Source of the DNA: Christensenellaceae bacterium
GTDB taxonomy: Bacteria > Bacillota > Clostridia > Christensenellales > DTU072
Direction of reading: 5' to 3'
Length of the DNA: 10,149 nt
NCBI GenBank assembly: GCA_031260775.1
Contig: JAISKW010000110.1
Coordinates: 1 to 10,149, forward strand
This document shows positions 1 through 7,511 of this stretch, in pieces; within the stretch, counting starts at the first letter, position 1, and the number at the start of each line of letters is the position of its first letter. The position numbers and the translations under genes are program-made. Under the pieces are notes generated by a model, which was not told where the DNA came from, did not search any database, and worked only from the letters and a program-made list of their open reading frames with translations.

Positions 1-1419
1 TACGGCATTCTTATTTGGCAAGACCTCCCGTTCGCGTGCGGACTTTACCCTTTCGGCGATACGGGCTTCCGAAACAATGTTTTAGAGGAGGTCAAAGAGA
101 ACGTTTCGCGGCTGAGGAACCACGCCTCTATGGCTTTGATTTGTGGAAATAACGAAATCGAGGGTATGAAAGCCGCATGGACGGGGCGCAATAAGCTTCT
201 TAACGAATACCGCGACTTCACCTACGGCGACTGCGCGAATTTAATCAAGAAAATCACAACCGTGCAGTTCACACCATCCTCTCCCGTCGGCAGCGAGTAT
301 ATGAAAGGCACCGCAAGCGACAACGTCGGCGATACGCATATTTGGAACGTTTGGCACGGAATGATGCCGTTTTCGTATTTCTTTAAGCGGAACACCCGCT
401 TTTGCTCGGAGTTCGGGTTCGAATCGCTGCCGCCGGTTGAAACCGTCCGAGACATTGCCGAGTCCGAAGCGGACTTAGACATCTACTCACCGTTAATGCT
501 CGCGCACCAAAAATGCGCCGTGGGTAACGCGCGAATTTTGTATTATATTATCGATAAATACCGCATACCCAAAAGCTTTTCGCACCTGACATACTTGTCG
601 CAACTCACGCAAGCCGAGTGTATACAAGCGGCAACCGAGCATTGGAGGCGCAAAACCGGACGGTGTAACGGCTCGCTGTATTGGCAAATCAACGATTGCT
701 GGCACACCGCAAGCTGGTCAAGTATCGATTATTTGGGATATTATAAAGCGTTGCATTACTCCGCGCGCGAGTTTTTCAAAAGCGTTACGGTAACCGAACA
801 TCAGGTCGGCAACGCAATCCGTATAACCGGCATCAACGACAGCCTCGCACCGTTCAACGGCACGCTCACGCAACGGGTCGTCGGCTTCGACGGAAAGGAG
901 TATCTTAAAAAGGAAGTCGCCGTGACGCTTGCAGCGTACTCGGTCGATACCATAGCCACCGTGCGTATCGACGGCGAGGAATATTCTCCTAAATGGGTAT
1001 CCGTAATCGCCGAATTGAGAGACGAAAACGGCGTTCTTGTGTCGCGCCGCGAGCATTTACCGGTAAAGGAAAACGAGGCGTCTCTGCCTCAAGCGTTTAT
1101 TACAAAGAGCTATAAAATTACCGAAACGGGCGCGGAAATCACCTTAAAATCCAACGCGTATGCGCGCAGAGTGTTTTTGACACTCCCCGGAGTCACCGAG
1201 CCGTTTTCGAAAAACCTGTTCGATATCGAAGCAAACGGCAGCGAAACTATCACCTTAGAACGGGAGAACTTGACCGCCGAAATCATCGAAAAACTCGAAA
1301 TCATCTCCTATTCCGACATCCAACCCAAATATCCCCGCTATATTGAAAAGGCGAAGAAGCTTAAAATAGCCCTAATTCCCATAAATTTTATCAACCGAAT
1401 CATTTACCGTTTTATGTAG
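1..1419 (+). CDS. beta-mannosidase, glycoside hydrolase family 2 (C-terminal ~470 aa; 5' end upstream of window)
   Basis: Frame 1 is open from base 1 (YGILIWQDLPFACGLYPFGDTGF...NHASMALICGNNEIE), so the ORF-track Met at 130 is internal. LIWQDxxFAC, ALxCGNNE and GDTHIWNVWHG match conserved GH2 beta-mannosidase catalytic-domain motifs. Stop at 1417-1419 is followed by a hairpin terminator. Confidence 0.85.
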   Translation, partial: YGILIWQDLPFACGLYPFGDTGFRNNVLEEVKENVSRLRNHASMALICGNNEIEGMKAAWTGRNKLLNEYRDFTYGDCANLIKKITTVQFTPSSPVGSEYMKGTASDNVGDTHIWNVWHGMMPFSYFFKRNTRFCSEFGFESLPPVETVRDIAESEADLDIYSPLMLAHQKCAVGNARILYYIIDKYRIPKSFSHLTYLSQLTQAECIQAATEHWRRKTGRCNGSLYWQINDCWHTASWSSIDYLGYYKALHYSAREFFKSVTVTEHQVGNAIRITGINDSLAPFNGTLTQRVVGFDGKEYLKKEVAVTLAAYSVDTIATVRIDGEEYSPKWVSVIAELRDENGVLVSRREHLPVKENEASLPQAFITKSYKITETGAEITLKSNAYARRVFLTLPGVTEPFSKNLFDIEANGSETITLERENLTAEIIEKLEIISYSDIQPKYPRYIEKAKKLKIALIPINFINRIIYRFM

Positions 1420-1453
1420 TGGGGGTAAATTACACTTTAATAACGAAAGCAAA

Positions 1454-1483
1454 CAAGGCGCGTAGGTGCGCCTTGTTGTGTAT
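1454..1483 (+). terminator. rho-independent terminator after the beta-mannosidase gene
   Basis: CAAGGCGC (1454-1461), loop GTAGGT, GCGCCTTG (1468-1475) form a perfect 8-bp GC-rich stem followed by TTGTGTAT. Confidence 0.7.
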
Positions 1484-1526
1484 AATCCAAACTCAGCTTA
1501 TTTTCTCCTCCGCGAAAAAACTCATA

Positions 1527-1555
1527 TTAGAAACCCCCCGGTTTAGTAGTATAAT
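1527..1555 (+). promoter_or_regulatory. candidate sigma-A promoter of the flotillin gene (TTAGAA -35, 17-bp spacer, TATAAT -10)
   Basis: Perfect TATAAT at 1550-1555 lies only 6 nt before ATG 1562, with TTAGAA at 1527-1532 and a 17-bp spacer. No SD precedes ATG 1562 or ATG 1575. Confidence 0.45.
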
Positions 1556-1561
1556 ATTTGT

Positions 1562-2938
1562 ATGGTAAACGCAATGAGCGCAGGAGGAATCGTCGGGTTA
1601 ATATTAGCCCTCGTATTTGTAATAGGAGGCAGTATGTTGCTGTTTGCAACGCGGTACAAAAAGTGCCCCTCCGACAGAGTTCTCGTAGTCTACGGTAAGG
1701 TAGGCAAAGCCAAAGACGGCGCAAAGGCGAGTTCGCTTTGTATCCACGGCGGCGCACGGCTTATTATTCCGCTTATCCAAAGCTTTGCATACTTGGAATT
1801 AAAACCGATTTCGATTTCGGTCGATTTGAAAAACGCCCTTTCGCGGCAAAATATCCGCGTGGATATCCCCTCGAACTTCACAATCGGAATCTCCACCGAA
1901 CCGGGGATTATGGAGAACGCGGCTGAGCGTCTTTTGGGGCTCCCCGAGCTTCAAATAAAGAGCCTCGCGGAGGATATCATTTTGGGTCAATTACGTTTGA
2001 TTGTCGCCACAATGGAAATTGAGGAAATCAACGCCGACCGCGACAAGTTCTTAGAAGCCGTCGCATGGAACGTCGAAACGGAGCTTAAAAAAATCGGGTT
2101 GCGCTTAATCAACGTTAACGTAAAGGACATCAGCGACGAAAGCGGATACATCGACGCATTAGGTCGCGAGGCCGCCGCGAAAGCAATCAACGACGCGCGC
2201 CGCTCGGTTGCCGAAAAGAACCGCGAGGGTGCAATCGGCGAGGCTAACGCGCAGAGCGACCAAAGAATCAAAGTCGCCGATGCCGACAGCTTGGCAATCG
2301 TTGGAGAAAATAAAGCGAAAGAGGCCATTGCCGATGCGAACGCTACCTTAATGGAGCGTCAAGCCGAGGCGAAAAAACGTGCCGAAGCCGCGACAAAGGT
2401 TCAAACCGCAAAAGCTTTGGAAGAAGGTTACGAGGCGGAAAGAGTAGCCGAATTAAAGCGTGCCGAAAAGGAAAAAGCCACGCAGGAAGCGAACATTCTT
2501 GTTGCGGAGCGTACCGAAAAGGCCCGTAAAGAAATCTCCGCCGAGGCGGAAGCCGAGCGTCTGCGCCGCGTTGCAAAGGGCGAAGCCGACGCAATGTTCG
2601 CCAAACTTGACGCGCAGGCTCGCGGCGGTATGGAAATCTTAACGCAGCAAGCGCACGGTTTCGAAGCCTTGATTAAAGCCGGCGGAAACGCAACCGCGGC
2701 TGTCAACCTCTTGCTTGCCGACAAAATCGAGGAAATTGCGCGCATTCAAGCCGAGGCTATCAAGAACATCAAAATCGACAAAATCACAGTTTGGGACAGC
2801 GGCAAAGGTGAAAACGGCAACAGCTCCACCGCCAACTTCGTCTCCGGACTCTACAAAAGCGTCCCCCCTCTCCAAGACGTCTTTAAGCAAGCCGGTCTTG
2901 ACGTTCCCACCTTCCTCGGTTCCGAGAGAAAAGAGTAG
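1562..2938 (+). CDS. floT: flotillin family protein (SPFH/band-7 domain, FloT/YqiK-like)
   Basis: N-terminal hydrophobic hairpin (GGIVGLILALVFVIGGSMLLFA) then RYKKCPSDRVLVVYGKVG and an SPFH core (IHGGARLIIPLIQSFAYLELKPISISV, TMEIEEINADRDKF, NVKDISDESGYIDALGR). A long Ala/Glu/Lys-rich coiled-coil region and C-terminal IDKITVWDSGKGENG parallel B. subtilis FloT (IDKITVVDTGGSGE). Start could alternatively be ATG 1575 or ATG 1634 (AGGAGG 4 nt upstream, but this would delete the membrane anchor). Confidence 0.85.
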   Translation: MVNAMSAGGIVGLILALVFVIGGSMLLFATRYKKCPSDRVLVVYGKVGKAKDGAKASSLCIHGGARLIIPLIQSFAYLELKPISISVDLKNALSRQNIRVDIPSNFTIGISTEPGIMENAAERLLGLPELQIKSLAEDIILGQLRLIVATMEIEEINADRDKFLEAVAWNVETELKKIGLRLINVNVKDISDESGYIDALGREAAAKAINDARRSVAEKNREGAIGEANAQSDQRIKVADADSLAIVGENKAKEAIADANATLMERQAEAKKRAEAATKVQTAKALEEGYEAERVAELKRAEKEKATQEANILVAERTEKARKEISAEAEAERLRRVAKGEADAMFAKLDAQARGGMEILTQQAHGFEALIKAGGNATAAVNLLLADKIEEIARIQAEAIKNIKIDKITVWDSGKGENGNSSTANFVSGLYKSVPPLQDVFKQAGLDVPTFLGSERKE

Positions 2939-2969
2939 TTTTTAACGGTTAGTATTTCGGAGAGGAGGA

Positions 2970-3047
2970 ATGCTTTTAAGTAAAAAGAAATCCCCCTCCC
3001 CTTTGAAAACTCATTTGCCTTATATGTTTTGGGGAATGGGGATATAA
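2970..3047 (+). CDS. hypothetical 25-aa micro-ORF (MLLSKKKSPSPLKTHLPYMFWGMGI), doubtful
   Basis: GGAGAGGAGG lies just upstream of ATG 2970, and the ORF ends inside copy 1 of the tandem repeat. A second unsupported micro-ORF (MLYIFLGMVI, 3070-3102) sits in copy 2 without an SD. Confidence 0.15.
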   Translation: MLLSKKKSPSPLKTHLPYMFWGMGI

Positions 3048-3125
3048 GAAAGGTTTGGATATAACACAAATGCTTTATATTTTTTTGGGAATGGTAATAT
3101 AAGAAAGGTTTGGATATAACACAAA
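3020..3125. repeat. tandem direct repeat, 2 copies of ~52 bp at ~54-55 bp period
   Basis: 3020-3070 TTATATGTTTTGGGGAATGGGGATATAAGAAAGGTTTGGATATAACACAAA versus 3074-3125 TTTATATTTTTTTGGGAATGGTAATATAAGAAAGGTTTGGATATAACACAAA. A 29-bp core, ATATAAGAAAGGTTTGGATATAACACAAA, is identical in both copies (3042-3070 and 3097-3125). Confidence 0.85.
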
Positions 3126-3155
3126 GGGCGCGAATAATTGCGCCCTTTTTCTTTT
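3123..3155. terminator. bidirectional rho-independent terminator between convergent flotillin and rlmH
   Basis: AAAGGGCGC (3123-3131), 8-nt loop GAATAATT, GCGCCCTTT (3140-3148), then TTTTTCTTTT on the + strand. The complement carries a weaker U-tract (TTTGTGTT) for the minus-strand transcript. Confidence 0.75.
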
Positions 3156-3213
3156 GCCATAATGAATGATTTGATTTTCCTTGCCATTCTGCGCGCAAGG
3201 GGCGGAATCCGTT

Positions 3214-3666
3214 TTACTTATGGTACGGTACGTTATTAATGATGCACAATCCCCGATAAATTTGTTCTTCCAAAACGATGCGGCAAAGGCGGTGCGGAAG
3301 GGTTATCCGCCCGAAAGATATTTTCTGCATAGAGGAGGCACGGACTTTGTCGCTTACTCCCCTTGAACCGCCTATGACAAAGGTGATTTGAGGTTGAGTT
3401 ATTACGGCTTTTTGTATCGTGCTTGCCAAATCCTCGCTTGTGATAAGCGTGCCGCCGATATCGAGCAAAATCACAAAGCCTTTGAGCGCGGCAAGTATGC
3501 CGTTTTCTTCTTTAATAACGGCGTTCACACCGTCCTCCTTGGACTCGGCGCATTCGATAACGGTTATTTCGGCAAAACGCGAAATGCGTTTCAGGTATTC
3601 TTCCTGCGCGTCCTTAAAGAATTTATCCTTCAAGTTACCCACGCAGACAACGTTAATTTTGTACAT
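3214..3666 (-). CDS. rlmH: 23S rRNA (pseudouridine1915-N3)-methyltransferase RlmH (SPOUT family)
   Basis: 150 aa. MYKINVVCVGNLKD...EYLKRI, ILLDIGGTLITSEDLA, FVIGGSRGVSDKV and ITLPHRLCRIVLEEQIYRGLCIINNVPYHK align along the full length with E. coli RlmH/YbeA (MKLQLVAVG..., [30 protein letters not shown]...HPYHR). Start ATG overlaps the upstream stop (TAATG). Confidence 0.9.
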   Translation of the reverse strand: MYKINVVCVGNLKDKFFKDAQEEYLKRISRFAEITVIECAESKEDGVNAVIKEENGILAALKGFVILLDIGGTLITSEDLASTIQKAVITQPQITFVIGGSRGVSDKVRASSMQKISFGRITLPHRLCRIVLEEQIYRGLCIINNVPYHK

Positions 3667-4436
3667 TAATCCTTGTGCCTCGGGAACTGTTCCTTATACG
3701 GCGCGGCATCTATATCTAACCTTTCAAAAATAATGTTGTCGCAGTTATTTTCCTCTGCACGGGTGTAGAACTCATCGTTTTTGATGGTCCAGCTAAGCAG
3801 TTTCAGATTAAAGCCTTTTACGGCGATTTCAATTCGTTTGCTCGGTAAAAAATCGATATGATACGCCAAAAAGTCGGGACGGACTACGCAAAGAACCCAG
3901 TAGGGGTTTACCAATTTATACAGTATACGGAGCGGGAAATTCTTCGCCTTTTCGCCCAAAATGCCGCGGCGAACCTCCGGCGCGTTTTCGGTAAACCAGT
4001 GAACGCTGTAGGGGTTAAAGGACTGAATTGTCACCCACGGCTTGCCTTTAATTTGCGAATAGAGCATTTTTTCAAGGGCAAAATCGGTAGGACGGCCGGC
4101 TTTAATTTCGCAAAGAATATCGACTTTGCCGTCAACAAGTTCGAGTAAATCCTCAAACAGCGGAACTTTTTCGCCGTTCGGGAGGAAGTATTCGGGTTTT
4201 TCGAGGTCTTTACTTGAGAGTTTTTGAATTTTAACCCGCTTGCCCGTCACCCTTTTCATATTGCTGTCGTGGAAAATGGCAAGCTTACCGTCGGTCAGTA
4301 AACGCACGTCGGTTTCGATGTTAAAGCCCTTTTCGATAGCAAGCTTGAACGCCTGCATAGAATTTTCGATAACGTTTACGTTCCCGTCGTGCAGCCCCCT
4401 GTGGGCAATCGGCATTGTATAAAATCTCTCCCCCAT
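3666..4436 (-). CDS. glycerophosphodiester phosphodiesterase family protein (GDPD, GlpQ/UgpQ-like)
   Basis: PIAHRGLHDG, E(T)DVRLLTDGKLAIFHD and the overall GP-PDE TIM-barrel signature are present. Stop overlaps the rlmH start. The true start may be the second ATG at 4415 (MPIAHRG), because GDPDs usually begin a few residues before the HRG motif. Neither ATG has a well-spaced SD. Confidence 0.8.
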   Translation of the reverse strand: MGERFYTMPIAHRGLHDGNVNVIENSMQAFKLAIEKGFNIETDVRLLTDGKLAIFHDSNMKRVTGKRVKIQKLSSKDLEKPEYFLPNGEKVPLFEDLLELVDGKVDILCEIKAGRPTDFALEKMLYSQIKGKPWVTIQSFNPYSVHWFTENAPEVRRGILGEKAKNFPLRILYKLVNPYWVLCVVRPDFLAYHIDFLPSKRIEIAVKGFNLKLLSWTIKNDEFYTRAEENNCDNIIFERLDIDAAPYKEQFPRHKD

Positions 4437-4480
4437 AATTAAATATATGAAAACCTCCGAACTTACGCCCGAAGGTTTCG
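4437..4480 (-). terminator. hairpin plus U-tract, read on the minus strand, between the feo operon and the GDPD start
   Basis: Minus-strand RNA AAACCUUCG-(10-nt loop)-CGGAGGUUU forms a 9-bp stem with one G-U pair (plus coordinates 4451-4478). It is followed by UUUUCAUAUAUUUAAUU and ends directly at the GDPD ATG. Confidence 0.5.
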
Positions 4481-4556
4481 CTACAATAATAATTTACTAC
4501 TCATTTCCACCTAAATTCAAGTGCAAAATTATTAAAATACGAAAAGTGAAATGCTT

Positions 4557-4766
4557 TTAACTTTCCTCATTTTTTTCACAGCATGACTTCCCGCCGTCCT
4601 TACCCTTACACGCGGGGCAGGTGCTTGCGGACGGGCAGTACGGGCAGGCGTGCTTGCCTTTCTTTTTGTTTATTATCAGCCGGGCAATTATAAGCCCGAC
4701 CGCTACTATCAGAACAGCGGAGACGATTATCGTTCCCAAATTTTCGGTAAAAAAGTTGTTAAGCAT
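4557..4766 (-). CDS. FeoB-associated Cys-rich membrane protein (small single-TM peptide with C-terminal CxxC-rich tail)
   Basis: 69 aa. TM helix IIVSAVLIVAVGLIIARLII, basic stretch NKKKGKH, then CPYCPSASTCPACKGKDGGKSCC. Good RBS AAAGAGGAA 6 nt before the ATG. Sits downstream of feoB as in many Firmicutes. Confidence 0.8.
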   Translation of the reverse strand: MLNNFFTENLGTIIVSAVLIVAVGLIIARLIINKKKGKHACPYCPSASTCPACKGKDGGKSCCEKNEES

Positions 4767-4782
4767 TTTGATTCCTCTTTAA

Positions 4783-4990
4783 TTTACTAAAGTAAACACT
4801 GATTAAGTCGCGTAATTTGTTTCGCGTAAGCGAAAACAAATTTCTCTTGGCAGCTTTTGGTGCATTTTGGGGCAAAATCGCCGATTTTTCAATTCATCGG
4901 CGGACATACAGTCCGCTGCGTTCTTGAAAAACGTCTACTTTGCCTTCTCAAAATCCGCACAAGGACTTAATCAGCGTTTACTAAAGTCGA
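4783..4990. repeat. inverted repeat (17 bp, 16/17 match) plus 11-bp direct repeat bracketing the 200-bp feoB / small-gene spacer
   Basis: AGTAAACACTGATTAAG (4791-4807) and the reverse complement of 4966-4982 (AGTAAACGCTGATTAAG). TTTACTAAAGT occurs directly at 4783-4793 and again at 4977-4987. The right copy overlaps the feoB stop codon. Inside the spacer there is a GCGGAC/GTCCGC hairpin (4900-4916) and an AATTTGTTTCGC/GCGAAAACAAATT hairpin (4814-4842). Confidence 0.7.
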
Positions 4991-7265
4991 TTTTCTTCCA
5001 AATTAATTTGTCGGGAGGGCAGGCGATTACATATATATACAACGCAAGCGCAATGAATGCTAATACGGTAAAGGCGATATCTAATCCGTTCAAGCCGCCG
5101 ACAAATACGCTGCCGATACGGTATATAACAAACGAGTAGAAATACGCCGTCAGAGTTTGATACCCTATTGCCGCCCAAAACCACTTCGCGCTTTTCATTT
5201 CGCGTCTTATGGCTCCTATTGCTGCAAAACAGGGAGCACAAAGCATGTTGAATACTAAAAACGAGTACGCTTGTAACGGTGCATAAGATGCCGCGAGTGC
5301 GCCCCAAGTTCCGCTTTCTTCCTCCGCAAAATTAAAGAGGATAGCAAGCGTTCCCGCGATGTTTTCCTTTGCGATAAGTCCCGTAACGGTTGCAACCGAA
5401 CTCCTCCAATCGGCAAAGCCCAAGGGGTAGAACAAGTATTTAATGACATTCCCTATTGCCGCAAGCATCGAATTTTCGGCATCCTCAACCATTCCGAACT
5501 TGCCGTCCTCAACGCCAAACGACGATGTAAACCACACGAATATTGTCGCCAAAAGTATGATAGTTCCGGCTTTTTTCACGAACGAGGAAATCCTCTCCCA
5601 AATACTCAACGCGACGTTTTTTACCGACGGAAAGCGATACGACGGCAATTCGGTAATGTAGGGGGCTTGCGCGCTCTTGAACGGCTTTAACTTTTTCAAA
5701 AGCAAGCCCGACAAAAGAATTACGGCAATACCCATAAAGTAAACGCTGACCGCAACCCACCACGCATTGTTGAAAATTGCACCGGCAAAGAGGGCGATTA
5801 CCGGGAGCTTTGCCGAACACGGAATGAATGTTGTCGTCATAATCGTCATTCGTCTGTCGGCGTCGTTTTCGACGGTACGGCTTGCCATAATGCCCGGAAC
5901 TCCGCAGCCCGTGCCGATTAAAATCGGTATAAACGACTTGCCCGACAAGCCGAATTTCCTAAATATTTTGTCCAAAATGAACGCAATACGGCTCATATAT
6001 CCGCAGCCCTCTAATATAGCGAGGAAGAAGAACAAAATAAGCATTTGCGGCAAGAAACCAAGTACCGCCCCGACGCCGGCGACGATTCCGTCAACGATAA
6101 GGCTTTGCAACCAATCCGCCGTGTTAATGGCTGTTAATCCGTCCGAAATTACCTTAGGCAAGCCCCAATCGCTGCCGAAAATGCCCTCGTTTACGAAGTC
6201 GTTTGCGATTGTTCCGACCGTCGTTACCGATACATAGTAAACGGCGAACATTACAACTATGAATATCGGCAGCGCGAAAATTTTGTGCGTCAACACGCGG
6301 TCGATTTTTTCGGTCGTGCTGACTTTCTTAGGAGCTTCCTTAACAACCTCTTTTTTTAGGGCTTCGATAAACGTATAGCGCGCCGAAATTACCACACCGT
6401 CGCCCGAATCGTCGTACTTTTTTTCGATTTCTTCGATAAGCGCGGTAATTTTTTGTTTTATGTCCGCGGGGAGGTTGAGCCTGTCGAAGGTTAAACCGTC
6501 GCGCTCAAGTAGCTTTACGGCGAAAAAGTGCGAGTGGAGGTAGTCAATCGGCAACGTCTTCAAATAGACCTCGATTGCGCGGACTTTTTCGTTAAGCTCG
6601 TCCGTTAAAAACAGCGAGTCGCCGCTGTGTTCTTGCAGATATAAATCGGTAGGGAGTGCGTCGGGGTGGTGAAATAGGTTCGCTCCTTTTTTGCGTGCCT
6701 CGGCGAGAACCGTATCAACGGCTTCCTTCAATCCCGTGCCCTTGAGTGCGGAAATGCATACGACGGGAACGCCTAAACGCTCCGAAAGCTTTTGCGTATC
6801 GATAACGTGCCCCTGCTTTTTGATGACGTCGGTTAAGTTCAAACAAACGACTAACGGGATACCGATTTCGATTAATTGGGTAGTCAAATAAAGGCTTCTT
6901 TCTAAATTAGTGCTGTCAACAATGTTCAGAATGGCGTCAATGTCCTCCTCTATTAAGTAGTTGCGCGAAACCTTTTCCTCGGGTGAATAGGGCGAAAGAG
7001 AGTAAATGCCCGGGAGGTCGGTTACGGTTACGTCCTTATTTGATTTGAGCTTGCCTTCCTTTTTTTCGATAGTGACGCCGGGCCAGTTGCCGATGTATTG
7101 CACCGCGCCGGTGAGGGCGTTAAAGAGCGTTGTTTTGCCGGAGTTTTGGTTGCCTGCGATAGCGATTTTAAGCGCGTGAGTTTGCCCGTCTGCGGTTATG
7201 TAATCGGTTTTTTCCTTACCCTTTTTGGCAAAGACGTTGTGAAGTTTAACTTTGAAGGAGTTCAT
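4971..7265 (-). CDS. feoB: ferrous iron transport protein B (FeoB), G-domain plus polytopic membrane domain
   Basis: 764 aa. G1 AIAGNQNSGKTTLFNALTG, G3 VTDLPGIYSL, long C-terminal multi-TM region with Gate-motif-like segments. Start overlaps the feoA stop. A 32-aa N-terminal extension precedes the G-domain. Confidence 0.95.
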   Translation of the reverse strand: MNSFKVKLHNVFAKKGKEKTDYITADGQTHALKIAIAGNQNSGKTTLFNALTGAVQYIGNWPGVTIEKKEGKLKSNKDVTVTDLPGIYSLSPYSPEEKVSRNYLIEEDIDAILNIVDSTNLERSLYLTTQLIEIGIPLVVCLNLTDVIKKQGHVIDTQKLSERLGVPVVCISALKGTGLKEAVDTVLAEARKKGANLFHHPDALPTDLYLQEHSGDSLFLTDELNEKVRAIEVYLKTLPIDYLHSHFFAVKLLERDGLTFDRLNLPADIKQKITALIEEIEKKYDDSGDGVVISARYTFIEALKKEVVKEAPKKVSTTEKIDRVLTHKIFALPIFIVVMFAVYYVSVTTVGTIANDFVNEGIFGSDWGLPKVISDGLTAINTADWLQSLIVDGIVAGVGAVLGFLPQMLILFFFLAILEGCGYMSRIAFILDKIFRKFGLSGKSFIPILIGTGCGVPGIMASRTVENDADRRMTIMTTTFIPCSAKLPVIALFAGAIFNNAWWVAVSVYFMGIAVILLSGLLLKKLKPFKSAQAPYITELPSYRFPSVKNVALSIWERISSFVKKAGTIILLATIFVWFTSSFGVEDGKFGMVEDAENSMLAAIGNVIKYLFYPLGFADWRSSVATVTGLIAKENIAGTLAILFNFAEEESGTWGALAASYAPLQAYSFLVFNMLCAPCFAAIGAIRREMKSAKWFWAAIGYQTLTAYFYSFVIYRIGSVFVGGLNGLDIAFTVLAFIALALYIYVIACPPDKLIWKKIDFSKR

Positions 7266-7507
7266 TATAATTCCACCTCCACGATAGTCGCGTCGTCTTT
7301 ACGCACGGTTAGGCTATAGCCCCTGAGGATTAACTCCATCGGGTCGCCGAGAGGCGCGGTTTTACGAACCGTTACGACAACGCCTTTGGTTACGCCCAAA
7401 TCCATAACGCGCCGCCTGAGCGCGCCCTCGCCGTTTACTTTCGTAACCGTTGCGGATTGACCTACTTTTAACTCGTCTAATCTCATTTGTTTGCCGTCAT
7501 ACCACAT
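7265..7507 (-). CDS. feoA: ferrous iron transport protein A (FeoA, SH3-like)
   Basis: 80 aa. MRLDELKVGQSATVTKV...RRRVMDLGVTKGVVVTVRKTAPLGDPMELILRGYSLTVRKDDA is the typical FeoA pattern. The start could be the second Met (MRLDELK); neither has a clear SD. Confidence 0.9.
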   Translation of the reverse strand: MWYDGKQMRLDELKVGQSATVTKVNGEGALRRRVMDLGVTKGVVVTVRKTAPLGDPMELILRGYSLTVRKDDATIVEVEL

Positions 7508-7511
7508 TATA

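Noticed and set aside
222-1304. Four minus-strand ORFs (222-482, 493-705, 718-1056, 1110-1304) inside the beta-mannosidase gene
   Set aside because: They are entirely antisense to a coding region with strong, conserved GH2 motifs. None has an RBS or recognisable domain; they are typical shadow ORFs.
1527-2945. Multiple ORFs on both strands overlapping the flotillin gene (e.g. 1987-2328 -, 2343-2594 -, 2428-2745 -, 2460-2642 +, 2639-2890 -, 2715-2945 +)
   Set aside because: They are artefacts of the GC-rich Ala/Glu/Lys/Arg-codon repeat region of flotillin. Their translations are low-complexity (poly-R/P/S/A) and off-frame to a well-supported gene.
3020-3125. Possible CRISPR array
   Set aside because: There are only two repeat units and they are directly adjacent (no unique spacers of constant length). 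The repeats are not palindromic and there are no cas genes.
2851-3198. 115-aa minus-strand ORF spanning the tandem repeat and terminator
   Set aside because: It runs through a strong bidirectional terminator hairpin and the flotillin 3' end; it has no RBS and no recognisable features.
3181-3733. Plus-strand ORFs 3181-3366, 3388-3669, 3419-3733 and 3858-4148, 4240-4422
   Set aside because: They are antisense to the well-supported rlmH and GDPD genes.
4867-6237. Plus-strand ORFs 4867-5139, 5443-5661, 5767-6237 and minus-strand 4981-5307, 5255-5449, 5509-5820 within feoB
   Set aside because: They are antisense or off-frame overlaps of feoB, a 764-aa protein with unmistakable G-domain and membrane-domain motifs.
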